NCBI GenBank assembly: GCA_963827275.1
Contig: CAWHAA010000005.1
Location: 128,001 to 192,000, forward strand
DNA: 64,000 nt
DNA from: an uncultured Spirochaetota bacterium
GTDB lineage: Bacteria; Spirochaetota; UBA4802; UBA5550
Direction: 5' to 3'
Positions within the stretch are counted from its first letter, which is position 1. Each line of letters begins with the position of its first letter. Positions 31,176 through 40,429 of this stretch are shown in pieces. The notes beneath the pieces were generated by a model. That model was not told where the DNA came from. It saw only the letters and a program-made list of their open reading frames with translations, and made no database searches. The position numbers were made by a program, and so were the translations under genes.

Positions 31176-31361
31176 TCAGGCCTCGTGGGCCTTTTTACCG
31201 TAGACCCGTTCGTAGGCCGCGCAGTACGGGCACATGCCGCCTTCGATGGTTTTCACAAACCAGTAGGCAAGCCCCTTCTGCTTCTTTCTCGCGCGCGAGC
31301 ACACGGGGCACTCGACGCACCGCTTTGCCATCTCCCGGTCCTTTTCGCTGATATTTTTCAT
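31176..31361 (-). CDS. Small Cys-rich protein (CxxCxxC...CxxC), 61 aa
   Basis: MKNISEKDREMAKRCVECPVCSRARKKQKGLAYWFVK...CPYCAAYERVYG; stop 17 bp before the hydantoinase ATG. Confidence 0.78.
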   Translation of the reverse strand: MKNISEKDREMAKRCVECPVCSRARKKQKGLAYWFVKTIEGGMCPYCAAYERVYGKKAHEA

Positions 31362-31495
31362 AGGCACCCTGTCCCGGTAATTGCCCGGGCCCGCTCAGCG
31401 CCCTTCGGCGCGGGCCCGGGTCAATAATAATAATTCAGGGTGGACCACCATCATCCGCCTGTCAATGATTAATATTAATAAATGGCCGCCGGCGG

Positions 31496-33586
31496 TCATG
31501 GCAGGTAATAATATCCAACGCCGCTGTCCGCGCCGGTGAGCCTGGGACGGAAGTCATATTCAGCGTTGTACGGATCACCCGTGTCCTGGCCGTAGATCGC
31601 GTGGAGGGCGTTTTGACGCCCGGCGCCGGCGTTGTATTCCCACCCGGGAGGGGCGGCGATGCCGCCGACGGACACGACGTCGCGGAACCACTTTATGTTG
31701 TCCACAAAGCTCTCGTTCGCGAACTCGGCCGTATAGTTCCTCCAGACGAAAACTCCGTTATAATAAACATACAGCCGTGCGCCGGCGGCATAGGTGGAGC
31801 ACTGCATGCCGAACGAGGGGGCGGTCTGCTGGCCGAGCGAAGCCGGCAGCGGGCTGGACGCGCTCAGCACCTCGGCGCCGTTGACATAGAGGATGACCGT
31901 CTTGCCGGGCCCGGGCGTGCCATCGGCAATCCCGTCAGCGTCCCATATGATATAGAAGTGATACCATTGGCCGCTTTTTCCGATGACGACCGGACCTCCC
32001 GCGGCCGAGCCGTTTACGCGGATATCGGCCTGCATGTTGAAATCGGCCGCATTCGTAAACTCGTCGTCCTTTGCCACGAGCGTATAGATCCTGACCCTGA
32101 GCGCCGGGGATATCATGTTCCAGTAGATAGTACCGTATCCCTCCGTATTGCTCTGCGCCGTTTTATCAATATTCATCCTGCCCCAGAAAGAAATAGTGCC
32201 TTTCCGGATATTCACCGGATATGTGCTGCCGAACGGATAGATGGTCCTCTGGCCCGATGTCGAGGCGATACTGGTGTTATTGGCGCCTTTTGCATACCAG
32301 TATTCGCGCAGGCAATGGCCGAACGAGGGCTTCCCGTCATTTGCGGGATTGTCTTCTTCGTGAATGCTCTCCCCGCTCCCTTCGGAATACGTGGAGACAC
32401 TGCCCTCGAGCAGCGGATCGAACTCCGAAATATCCGCGTAGCCGGTGATGTTCGTTTCATTCTCCATCCTGGACCAGTACGAGGGCCGCGGGAGCACGAA
32501 CCGGCCGAGCGAGGGGTCGATATAGCAGCGGTCGGAAGGCGGCGAATACACGACCGCCAGGTTCTTCGCATAGGGGATGAGCCCGAGCCCGTTCCAGGAG
32601 GGGCCGGCAATGACATTGACGCCGCTTTCAACGATCCGCACGTACTTGCCGCTGCTGAAGGCGCCCGAAGCGCCCGGGTCAAACAGGCCGTATATCGACT
32701 GCCCGTCCACCGCGTAATTGCCGAGCGCGGTGCCCTCGTCCGACCTGAGGGTCCTGCCGATGTTCGGTCCGTAGTTCCCGAACGTGCCGAACCCATGCTT
32801 CAGGTTGGAGGGCTGCTCGAGCATCACTGGCACTGCGCCCGTCCTGAAATTCCAGGAGTAGTCGCCCGGCATCACGTTCCCGCCAAGATCACGGATGCCA
32901 GACACCGTGATCGTGTACAGCGTGTTCTTTTCGAGGTCCGCGTCAGGCCTGAAGATTATCGTGTCCGGGCAATGCGGGTCCTGGACGGCAGTCCCCGCCA
33001 CCCTCCCGGCAGAGCTCCGGAGGACAACATCATCGTCGCCGATGACATACCCGTCGATGACTTCGCTGAAGCGGGCCGTTATCTCCACATTCTCCGTGCC
33101 GTAGCTCTCACCGATCGCTGGCCGGGTTGACAGCACATAGGGCGGCGCACTGTCAAGGTCCGCCCCGGTGGCGAAACTCCATGAATATCCTTCCGGCAAC
33201 GCCTGGCCCTCGTAATCAAGGAGCCTGGCGACCTGGGTGACGGTATAGGTGCGGTTGGCCGCCAGGTGATACTCGGGCCTTATGATGAGAAGCTTGTCGT
33301 CATAAGGGAGCATCTCGCTGTCCACCAGCACGCCGTCGTCCCTTACTATGGTGAATTCATTCCCGGCCAGGAGCGTGGAATCGATGTCCTTGTTGAAGGA
33401 AACAAGCACCGATTTGTTGAGCTCGACATTCACGCTGTTATTCGCGGGATAGATATACTCGATCTGGGGCATGAGCGGAAGGCTCAGGGGATAGTCCTGC
33501 TGGATGTCGTGAAAAATGTTGGCGCACGACACGACGCCGCACAGCAGCGTGATGTGCGATAAAAACATGAATTTCTTCAGTGCCAT
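31496..33586 (-). CDS. Lipoprotein with two bacterial Ig-like (Big_5) domains and a LamG-like C-terminal domain
   Basis: Lipobox VVSC; two P..V....P...F......YT.T.......G......YSW.F.TG units; GTISFW, WYHFYIIWD, LYVNG and VDNIK (LamG-like). Confidence 0.8.
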   Translation of the reverse strand: MALKKFMFLSHITLLCGVVSCANIFHDIQQDYPLSLPLMPQIEYIYPANNSVNVELNKSVLVSFNKDIDSTLLAGNEFTIVRDDGVLVDSEMLPYDDKLLIIRPEYHLAANRTYTVTQVARLLDYEGQALPEGYSWSFATGADLDSAPPYVLSTRPAIGESYGTENVEITARFSEVIDGYVIGDDDVVLRSSAGRVAGTAVQDPHCPDTIIFRPDADLEKNTLYTITVSGIRDLGGNVMPGDYSWNFRTGAVPVMLEQPSNLKHGFGTFGNYGPNIGRTLRSDEGTALGNYAVDGQSIYGLFDPGASGAFSSGKYVRIVESGVNVIAGPSWNGLGLIPYAKNLAVVYSPPSDRCYIDPSLGRFVLPRPSYWSRMENETNITGYADISEFDPLLEGSVSTYSEGSGESIHEEDNPANDGKPSFGHCLREYWYAKGANNTSIASTSGQRTIYPFGSTYPVNIRKGTISFWGRMNIDKTAQSNTEGYGTIYWNMISPALRVRIYTLVAKDDEFTNAADFNMQADIRVNGSAAGGPVVIGKSGQWYHFYIIWDADGIADGTPGPGKTVILYVNGAEVLSASSPLPASLGQQTAPSFGMQCSTYAAGARLYVYYNGVFVWRNYTAEFANESFVDNIKWFRDVVSVGGIAAPPGWEYNAGAGRQNALHAIYGQDTGDPYNAEYDFRPRLTGADSGVGYYYLP

Positions 33587-34096
33587 GGAACCCCCTGCGC
33601 ATGTCCCGTCCCTCCGGGCCCTTTTCAGGCATGGGACGGCGGACAGCGGCCTTCAAATCCATACAACGCGTTATATTATGAGAAACAGGAAATAAAAATA
33701 TATCCAGAAACCGGGACCCCGGTCAATAATTAAATTTTCTTTAATGTAGTCAAGATTTTTTATAATGTCAACCCCGGACCATGAGCACGATAGCTGATAA
33801 TTATGTGTCAGATGCGGCCTGTTGCGGCCAAAAAATACCGGCCGGTGCGATAAATTTCGCGTACCGGCGCGTCCGGCATGATGTTCTAAACCGGCCCGGG
33901 CCGCCGGCCAGGTGCCGTTCAGGAGGATAGCCTCATAAAATATCGAAAGCAGTTCTTGACATTTCAAGGGGCCCCTGCTACACTACAGCTGTGCCGAATA
34001 CTACAGGGCAGGGGAAGCCCCGGCACGGGCGAAATCATCGCCGGCTGATGAACATCGGGAACGGAAGGGCCCCGTGGCCGCAGCACGTCACGGGAC

Positions 34097-35221
34097 ATGG
34101 ACCGCCAGGGGGAGGAAAACGCCGTCGACATGGATCTGCTGGGGATTGTCTCGTCAACGTTCATTCTCTTCAGTGCCGGCATGACGCTGCTCATGGGCGC
34201 GGAACAGCTGACGGGAAGGGCCGAGCGCGCGCGCTATCACACGATACTCTTCGTCCTTTCGGTCCCCGTTTCGATAATACTCGTGAACCATGTGCTCTTC
34301 GGCAACGGCATTACGCCCCGCCACCCCTGGAGCGCATTCCTCTATCTTACGTCGATATACACCATCGGCCCGCTGACGAACATGTATTACCACTTTCTCA
34401 TGTATCCCGGCAGGAGGATACGGCCGAAGAAGCTCCTGCGCTTCGTCCCCGCAGGCCTCATGCTTGTGACCGAGGTCGCGCTCCAGGCGGGATGGACGGC
34501 GGAGGAGAAGCGCCGGGTCCTTGATGAGCTGTTCAATGCCGGCGGGTTCAGCTTCCTGCTGCCGCTCGTTTTTGTCGGCGGCACGATCTTTGTGACCTAC
34601 CAGGTCATGGTCGTCATCGAGGCGCTCCAGCTGTGGAATGACAGCAGGATCAAGCACGGCGTGCGCCTGATCATACTGCTCGAGCTGATGAACATCGCCC
34701 TGCCGGTGCCGATCATCCTCTGGATGTTCATCCGCAGCCACTATCTTTTCCTGGTATCAGGCCTTGTAACCGCCTTCGTGATGACCACGGTGTTCCTCAC
34801 CAACAACCGCTTCCCGCGGATATTCAACCTCATGAGCAGGGAACTGGGCCGCAGGAAATATGAGCGGTCGTTCCTGAAGGGAATTGATACCGAGAGCATC
34901 CGCGAACGGCTCCTCAGTCTCATGGAGGAGGAAAAGGCGTACCGTGACAGCGATCTGACCCTCCAGTCGCTCGCGTCCACCATGAAACTCTCCCCCCACC
35001 AGCTGTCCCAGTTCCTGAATGAAAAGATGCGGACCGGCTTCACGCGTTTCATAAACAAATACCGGGTGGCGGAAGCGAAAAGCCTGCTCGCGCAAAACAG
35101 GGACCACACGGTGCTCAATATATGCTACTTCGTCGGGTTCAGGTCAAAATCTTCATTTAATACGATCTTCAAGAGCTTTACGGGCCAGACGCCCACCGAC
35201 TACCGGAAAAGCCTCGATTAA
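34097..35221 (+). CDS. Membrane-anchored AraC family transcriptional regulator (alternative start 34130)
   Basis: Multiple TM helices, then YRDSDLTLQSLA...HQLSQFLN...FINKYRV...VGFRSKSSFN. Confidence 0.9.
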   Translation: MDRQGEENAVDMDLLGIVSSTFILFSAGMTLLMGAEQLTGRAERARYHTILFVLSVPVSIILVNHVLFGNGITPRHPWSAFLYLTSIYTIGPLTNMYYHFLMYPGRRIRPKKLLRFVPAGLMLVTEVALQAGWTAEEKRRVLDELFNAGGFSFLLPLVFVGGTIFVTYQVMVVIEALQLWNDSRIKHGVRLIILLELMNIALPVPIILWMFIRSHYLFLVSGLVTAFVMTTVFLTNNRFPRIFNLMSRELGRRKYERSFLKGIDTESIRERLLSLMEEEKAYRDSDLTLQSLASTMKLSPHQLSQFLNEKMRTGFTRFINKYRVAEAKSLLAQNRDHTVLNICYFVGFRSKSSFNTIFKSFTGQTPTDYRKSLD

Positions 35222-35343
35222 TGCCGCCAAATAATACCGTCCGGAGAGATTTTTTTCGTTCAAGCTTATAACACTGGGCGACAAAACGGGCAAGAGGGGA
35301 TACCCTCATGGTAATACATGCTACCACGAGGAGGATGTGCAAG

Positions 35344-36948
35344 ATGAAATCCCGGTTAATTCTTATATCGCTTTTTACGGCAGTGCTGCTCGTTCCCGGG
35401 CTCTCCTTTCTTTCCGCAAGCCAGCTCAACCAGGAAGACGGCATCATGCCCAATCAGAGCGCTGAATACGTGCGCACCCAGAGCCGCAACGCATCAACGG
35501 ACGCGGACGCCGCTTTCTATAACCCGGCGGGCACCGCGTTCATGAAAAAGAACGGGCTGTATATCATGTTCAGCTCGCAGACCCTGTACGCGAAGAAGGA
35601 CAGCTCGTTCCTGCTGTGGGGACTCCATCGGCAGGGCCAGCCGTGGCAGCTGACCACCGAGCTCGGCAACCCGTTTTTTTACACGGGCAACAACAGGTAC
35701 CTGGTCCCGAAACGATACCCGGCGGAGATCATAGCCCCGGTGCTTCCTGATTTTGACATCCTGTACAAGGGAAAAAACTGGGCGGCGTTCCTCTCCGTCG
35801 CGGTGACGCAGGCGGCGCCCGGCCTGACCTTTAACAACGGGACGCCCGACCTGGACAGGGCCTTGTTGACATTGAACGAGGCCTACGCGACCACCCTGGG
35901 CCGTACGCTGGACCGGGTCGTCAGAAAATCGTACGCCAAGCGGACCGAGCAGTACCTGAGCGGTACCGTCGGCGGCTCCTACGCGTTTCTCAACTGGCTC
36001 TCCGCCGCGCTCTCCTTCCGCTACATACACATGACCGGCAACCAGAAGGTCTCGCAGGTGCCCATCGACATCGCCTACAGCGGCGCGGCGCTTCCGAATA
36101 TCAAGTATCCCATGCTGATTGACACCGATGTGTTCGGGCACGGATACGGGCTGATAGCCGGCCTTGACTTCAAGCCGATCGAGAGCCTTAACATCGGCAT
36201 TAAAGCCGAGTACTATCTCCCCATGATCATGAAGAAGAGGACCAACAAATTCATCGCCCATCCTACGATCGTCCAGACGGGCCAGCTCAACCTTTTTGCC
36301 GACAGCATCTGGCCCCTGGTCATCAACGACCTTCTTGCCGACGGCTTGACGACGCTGGGAGGCGTCCTTAATTTCGCCGACATGGACCCCCGGTCATGGA
36401 AGAACATAGGGGACACGATCAAGGTCACCTACCCGCCGTCACTCTCCATCGGGGTGTCCTACAACATCCTGAAAGAGCTCAGGATCGAGACCTCGGTGGA
36501 CCTCACCTTCCCCGGCGCGCGCGATCTTGACGGACGGGAGAACAACTTCAAGCCGGTCGGCTACCGCCTCGGCCAGGCCGTCGAATGGACCATCATACCC
36601 ATGGTGATCGTCAGCGCGGGCTATTCCTACTACGATCCGGGCGTCAAGCCTGAAAAGAGGAACGAGAACGACCAGCTGCTCACCAGCCACACCGTCGGCG
36701 GCGGCTGCACCATCAAGGCCACGGACTGGATCGACATCACGGCGGGAGCATTCTATATGTTCTACACGCCTGAATCCATCCGCGAAATTGACTATGCGCA
36801 TACAACACTCGACATAGGTTTCCCGATTACGACCACGAACGGCACGGCATTTGACAAAAAATTCCGGGAATCGCGGTGGAGCGTGGCCCTGGGCGTTACC
36901 ATGAGGTTCCTGGGAGACAACGCGCCGGGCGGGCCAAAAGCGGAATAA
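35344..36948 (+). CDS. OmpP1/FadL-family outer-membrane transporter
   Basis: GAGGAGG RBS, signal peptide, NQSAEYVRT.SRNASTDADAAFYNPAG hatch motif and beta-strand pattern. Confidence 0.82.
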   Translation: MKSRLILISLFTAVLLVPGLSFLSASQLNQEDGIMPNQSAEYVRTQSRNASTDADAAFYNPAGTAFMKKNGLYIMFSSQTLYAKKDSSFLLWGLHRQGQPWQLTTELGNPFFYTGNNRYLVPKRYPAEIIAPVLPDFDILYKGKNWAAFLSVAVTQAAPGLTFNNGTPDLDRALLTLNEAYATTLGRTLDRVVRKSYAKRTEQYLSGTVGGSYAFLNWLSAALSFRYIHMTGNQKVSQVPIDIAYSGAALPNIKYPMLIDTDVFGHGYGLIAGLDFKPIESLNIGIKAEYYLPMIMKKRTNKFIAHPTIVQTGQLNLFADSIWPLVINDLLADGLTTLGGVLNFADMDPRSWKNIGDTIKVTYPPSLSIGVSYNILKELRIETSVDLTFPGARDLDGRENNFKPVGYRLGQAVEWTIIPMVIVSAGYSYYDPGVKPEKRNENDQLLTSHTVGGGCTIKATDWIDITAGAFYMFYTPESIREIDYAHTTLDIGFPITTTNGTAFDKKFRESRWSVALGVTMRFLGDNAPGGPKAE

Positions 36949-36977
36949 CACGCCTCTATCAGTGTCTTATCAGCAGC

Positions 36978-37028
36978 GCCTCCGGACCGCCCCCTGCCCT
37001 CTCCCGGCGGGTCCGGAGGCTTTTCTTT
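36978..37028 (+). terminator. Intrinsic terminator after the FadL-like gene
   Basis: GCCTCCGGACCGCC...GGCGGGTCCGGAGGC followed by TTTTCTTT. Confidence 0.7.
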
Positions 37029-37143
37029 ATGCCAGGCATGCCTGCCGCAGCGCAACGCGGGCCCATGAGCGGCCGCCCCGTCCCTGATTTTTTATTCATT
37101 GACAAATCACGCCCGTTTACGGTACTTTAATTGCGAGGTAACC

Positions 37144-37887
37144 ATGAGAATAATCGCCATTTCCAATAACAAGGGCGGCGTGGGCAAAACCACGAGCACC
37201 GTGAACATAGCCGCGGCGCTCCAGGTGAAGGGGAAAAAGGTCTGCATCATCGATCTGGACCACCAGTCCCAGGCCACCTATCACCTGGGCTACAACCCGA
37301 AGCAGATAAAAAAATCGATATTCCACGTGCTCAAGGGCGAGCTGCCGTACCAGGATATACTGATAGACCGGAACGACCTGCACATCCTCCCGGCGAACCA
37401 GGACCTGAAAGACATAGAGTTCCTGCCGATCCCGGCGAAGGAATTCCTCCTCAGGGACGCGCTGGAAGACATGAACGGCTACGACTTTGTCGTCATCGAC
37501 TGCCCGCCGTCGCTCGGCATCCTCACGCTGAACGCCATGGCGTATTCGAACGAGATCCTGGTGCCGCTGCAGGTGCAGTTCCTCCCCTTCCACGGCATGT
37601 ACAACCTCTTCGAGGCGGTGCAGCTGGTGAAGCGCCGCCTCAACAAGAACATCGACGTGACGGGAATCATCGGCACCATGTACAACGCCAAGCGCGCCAT
37701 CAACCGGGAGGTCATCGACGAGACCGAAAACCGCCTCCCGGGCAAGCTGTTCGAGACGCTGATCAGGGAAAATGTCGCGCTCCAGGAGGCGCCCAGCTGG
37801 GGGAAAACGATCTTTGAATACAAGCCCAACAGCACCGGCGCGATCGATTACATGAAGCTGACGGAAGAGATTCTCGAGAGGGACTGA
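37144..37887 (+). CDS. ParA/Soj family ATPase (no adjacent parB)
   Basis: NNKGGVGKTT deviant Walker A, DLDHQ, IDCPPSLG, IRENVALQEAPS. Confidence 0.93.
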   Translation: MRIIAISNNKGGVGKTTSTVNIAAALQVKGKKVCIIDLDHQSQATYHLGYNPKQIKKSIFHVLKGELPYQDILIDRNDLHILPANQDLKDIEFLPIPAKEFLLRDALEDMNGYDFVVIDCPPSLGILTLNAMAYSNEILVPLQVQFLPFHGMYNLFEAVQLVKRRLNKNIDVTGIIGTMYNAKRAINREVIDETENRLPGKLFETLIRENVALQEAPSWGKTIFEYKPNSTGAIDYMKLTEEILERD

Positions 37888-37941
37888 CCCGGGCAGATCA
37901 CCGGCAGTCTCCGGACCGGCACCGGCCGGCAGGGAGCGCCC

Positions 37942-38487
37942 ATGAGGCAGCACATATGCAGCGCCCGATTTGCTTTCACGCTACATGGCCCCATCAGGAA
38001 GCATTTCCAGGACCCGGAAAAAATATTAAGCGCGTTTATCGGACCTGGCGCCACGGTCATTGACATCGGGTGCGGGCCCGGCTATTTCACCATCCCCATA
38101 GCGCTCCTGACCGGCGCGGCGGGAACGGTTTACGCGGTTGACATACAGGAAGCGATGCTCCGGAAAGTGGAAGCGCGAGCCGTGGAAGCGGGCGTGCGCA
38201 CCAGGATCCGCCCCGTCCTGTGCGCGCCGGACCGCATCTCGGTCAGCGAGGCGGTGGATTTTGTCCTCACCTTCTGGATGGTGCACGAGGTGCCTGACCG
38301 GCCGGCCCTGTTCAGGCAGATACGCGCGGTCATGAAGCCGGGCTCGCGCTACCTGCTGGTCGAGCCGAAAATCCATGTAATGAAGAAACGATACGGCATG
38401 ATCATCGATGAGGCTGTTGCTGCTGGATTAAAGCCGGTACAGGAAGTGCAGGTCCCGTTGAGCAGGGCGATGTTGTTTTCCCGGTGA
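37942..38487 (+). CDS. Class I SAM-dependent methyltransferase
   Basis: VIDIGCGPG, AVDIQEAML, HEVPD...MKPG. Confidence 0.88.
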   Translation: MRQHICSARFAFTLHGPIRKHFQDPEKILSAFIGPGATVIDIGCGPGYFTIPIALLTGAAGTVYAVDIQEAMLRKVEARAVEAGVRTRIRPVLCAPDRISVSEAVDFVLTFWMVHEVPDRPALFRQIRAVMKPGSRYLLVEPKIHVMKKRYGMIIDEAVAAGLKPVQEVQVPLSRAMLFSR

Positions 38488-38517
38488 ACCGAGGCGGCAC
38501 GGCGGGCGCGGCGCCGT

Positions 38518-39846
38518 TCAGAAATTAGCCACCACGTACTTTCGGATCTTCAGCCTGATGCGCCCCATCTTTTCCTTTACCCTTCCAAGAAATGCCTGGT
38601 ACGCGCGTGACGATCCCCTGGTCATTTCGTTATAGCGGGCCCTCATTTTTTCGTCAAACCCGCCGGTGCCCGTTACCACCCCGGCATTCAGAATGAGCGG
38701 GGCACCATTCAGCCCGGACGCGACGGGCGGCCCGGTCCACTGTGTGCGGAGCGGATCGAATACGTCGCGCTCCCGTCCCGGGCCCGGTTCAATCATGCTG
38801 GCGTCATGCGGTGAAAGCAGCGGTTCCCCGCCGTTGGCCGGCGCCCCGTCAGAGGCGATGCGCGGCGTTGTTACGATTTTTTTTTTGATGGCGCGGGCCC
38901 TGTCCCGCGTCACAACGGAGAAGATCCCCTCTTCCATGTCAGGGTAGGGGTCCGCGGCGGCATCATGGCGGAACGCGTGCGCCGTGCGCACGGCGGGCGC
39001 GGGCCTCGCGGGTGTCGTCTCCCGGACGTCTGCGGCGGCGACGCGGTACGATACTTTCGGCCGGGCGTTTTTCATCACCCGGTCAAAGCAGTAATTCCAG
39101 CTTGTCCTGGTGACCATGTAGCGGGGGAGCTCGTACCGTCTGTCATTCCCGGCCGCGAGCGGAATATCGATCCTCCCCCGGTCGATGGTGAAGGCATACC
39201 GGAACCCCGCCTCCCTGAGGGTCCTGATGGTCAGGTCATCGCGAAGGCCGAAAGGATACACGTATACCGCCACCTTCCGCCCCAGGTGCTCCTCGAGCAC
39301 TTTCTTTGAGAGGAAGATCTCTTTCTTGAACGATCTCGGGTCTGTGTCATACAGCGCGCGGTTCACTTTCAGGTGGAAATACCCATGCGCGGCGATATCG
39401 CACCCCGCGTCCGCAAGCTCCCGCAGCTGTTCCCATGTGAGGGCGTATTTTTTCTTGTTTATAATGATGTTCGGGTATATACCGAGGAGCGGCCGTATGC
39501 CGTTGGGACGGAACACCTTCCGGTACGCTTCGTACACGCTCTTGTTCCCGTCATCAACGGAGATGAGGACGTTCTTGGTCCCGGTTATCCTCCCGCCGAC
39601 GATATCCCCGACGGAGACGAACCTGAACCCCTCTTTTTTCAGCTGCATGATGTGCGAATTCAGCTCATCGATCGTGAAGCAGAAGGGGTCCATCTTTTTC
39701 TTCTGGATGAAGGAATGGTAGCAGAGAACGCTCACCCCGGACTCGGCATGTGCGTCCCGCTGCGCCGCCGGGACGGCGGCAAGGATTGCGGTCGCGATCA
39801 GGACGCCGGCCGTCTTATGAATTATAGTCATTTTTCCACAGGTCAT
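38518..39846 (-). CDS. Polysaccharide deacetylase (CE4/NodB) with C-terminal extension
   Basis: VLCYH, ISVDDG, AHGYFH, YPFG and LPRY; signal peptide. Confidence 0.87.
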   Translation of the reverse strand: MTCGKMTIIHKTAGVLIATAILAAVPAAQRDAHAESGVSVLCYHSFIQKKKMDPFCFTIDELNSHIMQLKKEGFRFVSVGDIVGGRITGTKNVLISVDDGNKSVYEAYRKVFRPNGIRPLLGIYPNIIINKKKYALTWEQLRELADAGCDIAAHGYFHLKVNRALYDTDPRSFKKEIFLSKKVLEEHLGRKVAVYVYPFGLRDDLTIRTLREAGFRYAFTIDRGRIDIPLAAGNDRRYELPRYMVTRTSWNYCFDRVMKNARPKVSYRVAAADVRETTPARPAPAVRTAHAFRHDAAADPYPDMEEGIFSVVTRDRARAIKKKIVTTPRIASDGAPANGGEPLLSPHDASMIEPGPGRERDVFDPLRTQWTGPPVASGLNGAPLILNAGVVTGTGGFDEKMRARYNEMTRGSSRAYQAFLGRVKEKMGRIRLKIRKYVVANF

Positions 39847-40378
39847 CGAATTCTTTTCGCCTCATCTCAAACTCCAAGCTGTCATCGATCTCTTTCTTCT
39901 TTTTGTCCGCCTCGTAGATATATGCCCTGTTCTTTTTCATCGTCTGCCTCTCGATAAGGCCGGAGTAATGGTTGAGGGGCGGCAGGAGGTACTTATTGAT
40001 AAAGGTGTAATTTTTCCAGTTCCCGTCCTCCCGGCACTTCTCCATCTTCAGGAGGGTCGTTTTTTTCAGCCGGTATATCTTTTCGTTGTAGGAGGCCAGC
40101 GCCTCGCCGTCAACGCCGTCAAGGGCGCGCGCGATCTCCCCTTCGCCCGCCTTGAATTCGGTAAAGCCCTGCGTGACCGGCACCACGTAATCGATGCCGA
40201 GTTCCGGGTCGTACCCGTAATCGAAATCTATGGATTTCACGGTCTTTTCAAGTATCTCTTTTTCCTGCTCGGTATACAGTACGCTTTTCGGCTCGTTGAA
40301 GCTGAAGATGCGGTAGTATGTGGCACACCGCGCCATGGACAGGCACATGAGCGCCAGAATCGCTGCCCTGATTTTCAT
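39815..40378 (-). CDS. Hypothetical lipoprotein
   Basis: AAAGGAG RBS; signal peptide ending MARC. Confidence 0.7.
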   Translation of the reverse strand: MKIRAAILALMCLSMARCATYYRIFSFNEPKSVLYTEQEKEILEKTVKSIDFDYGYDPELGIDYVVPVTQGFTEFKAGEGEIARALDGVDGEALASYNEKIYRLKKTTLLKMEKCREDGNWKNYTFINKYLLPPLNHYSGLIERQTMKKNRAYIYEADKKKKEIDDSLEFEMRRKEFDDLWKNDYNS

Positions 40379-40429
40379 GCCGTTGACACGCTCCTTTCTG
40401 ACAGATGATCGTTCCCCGACGGCCCCTTC

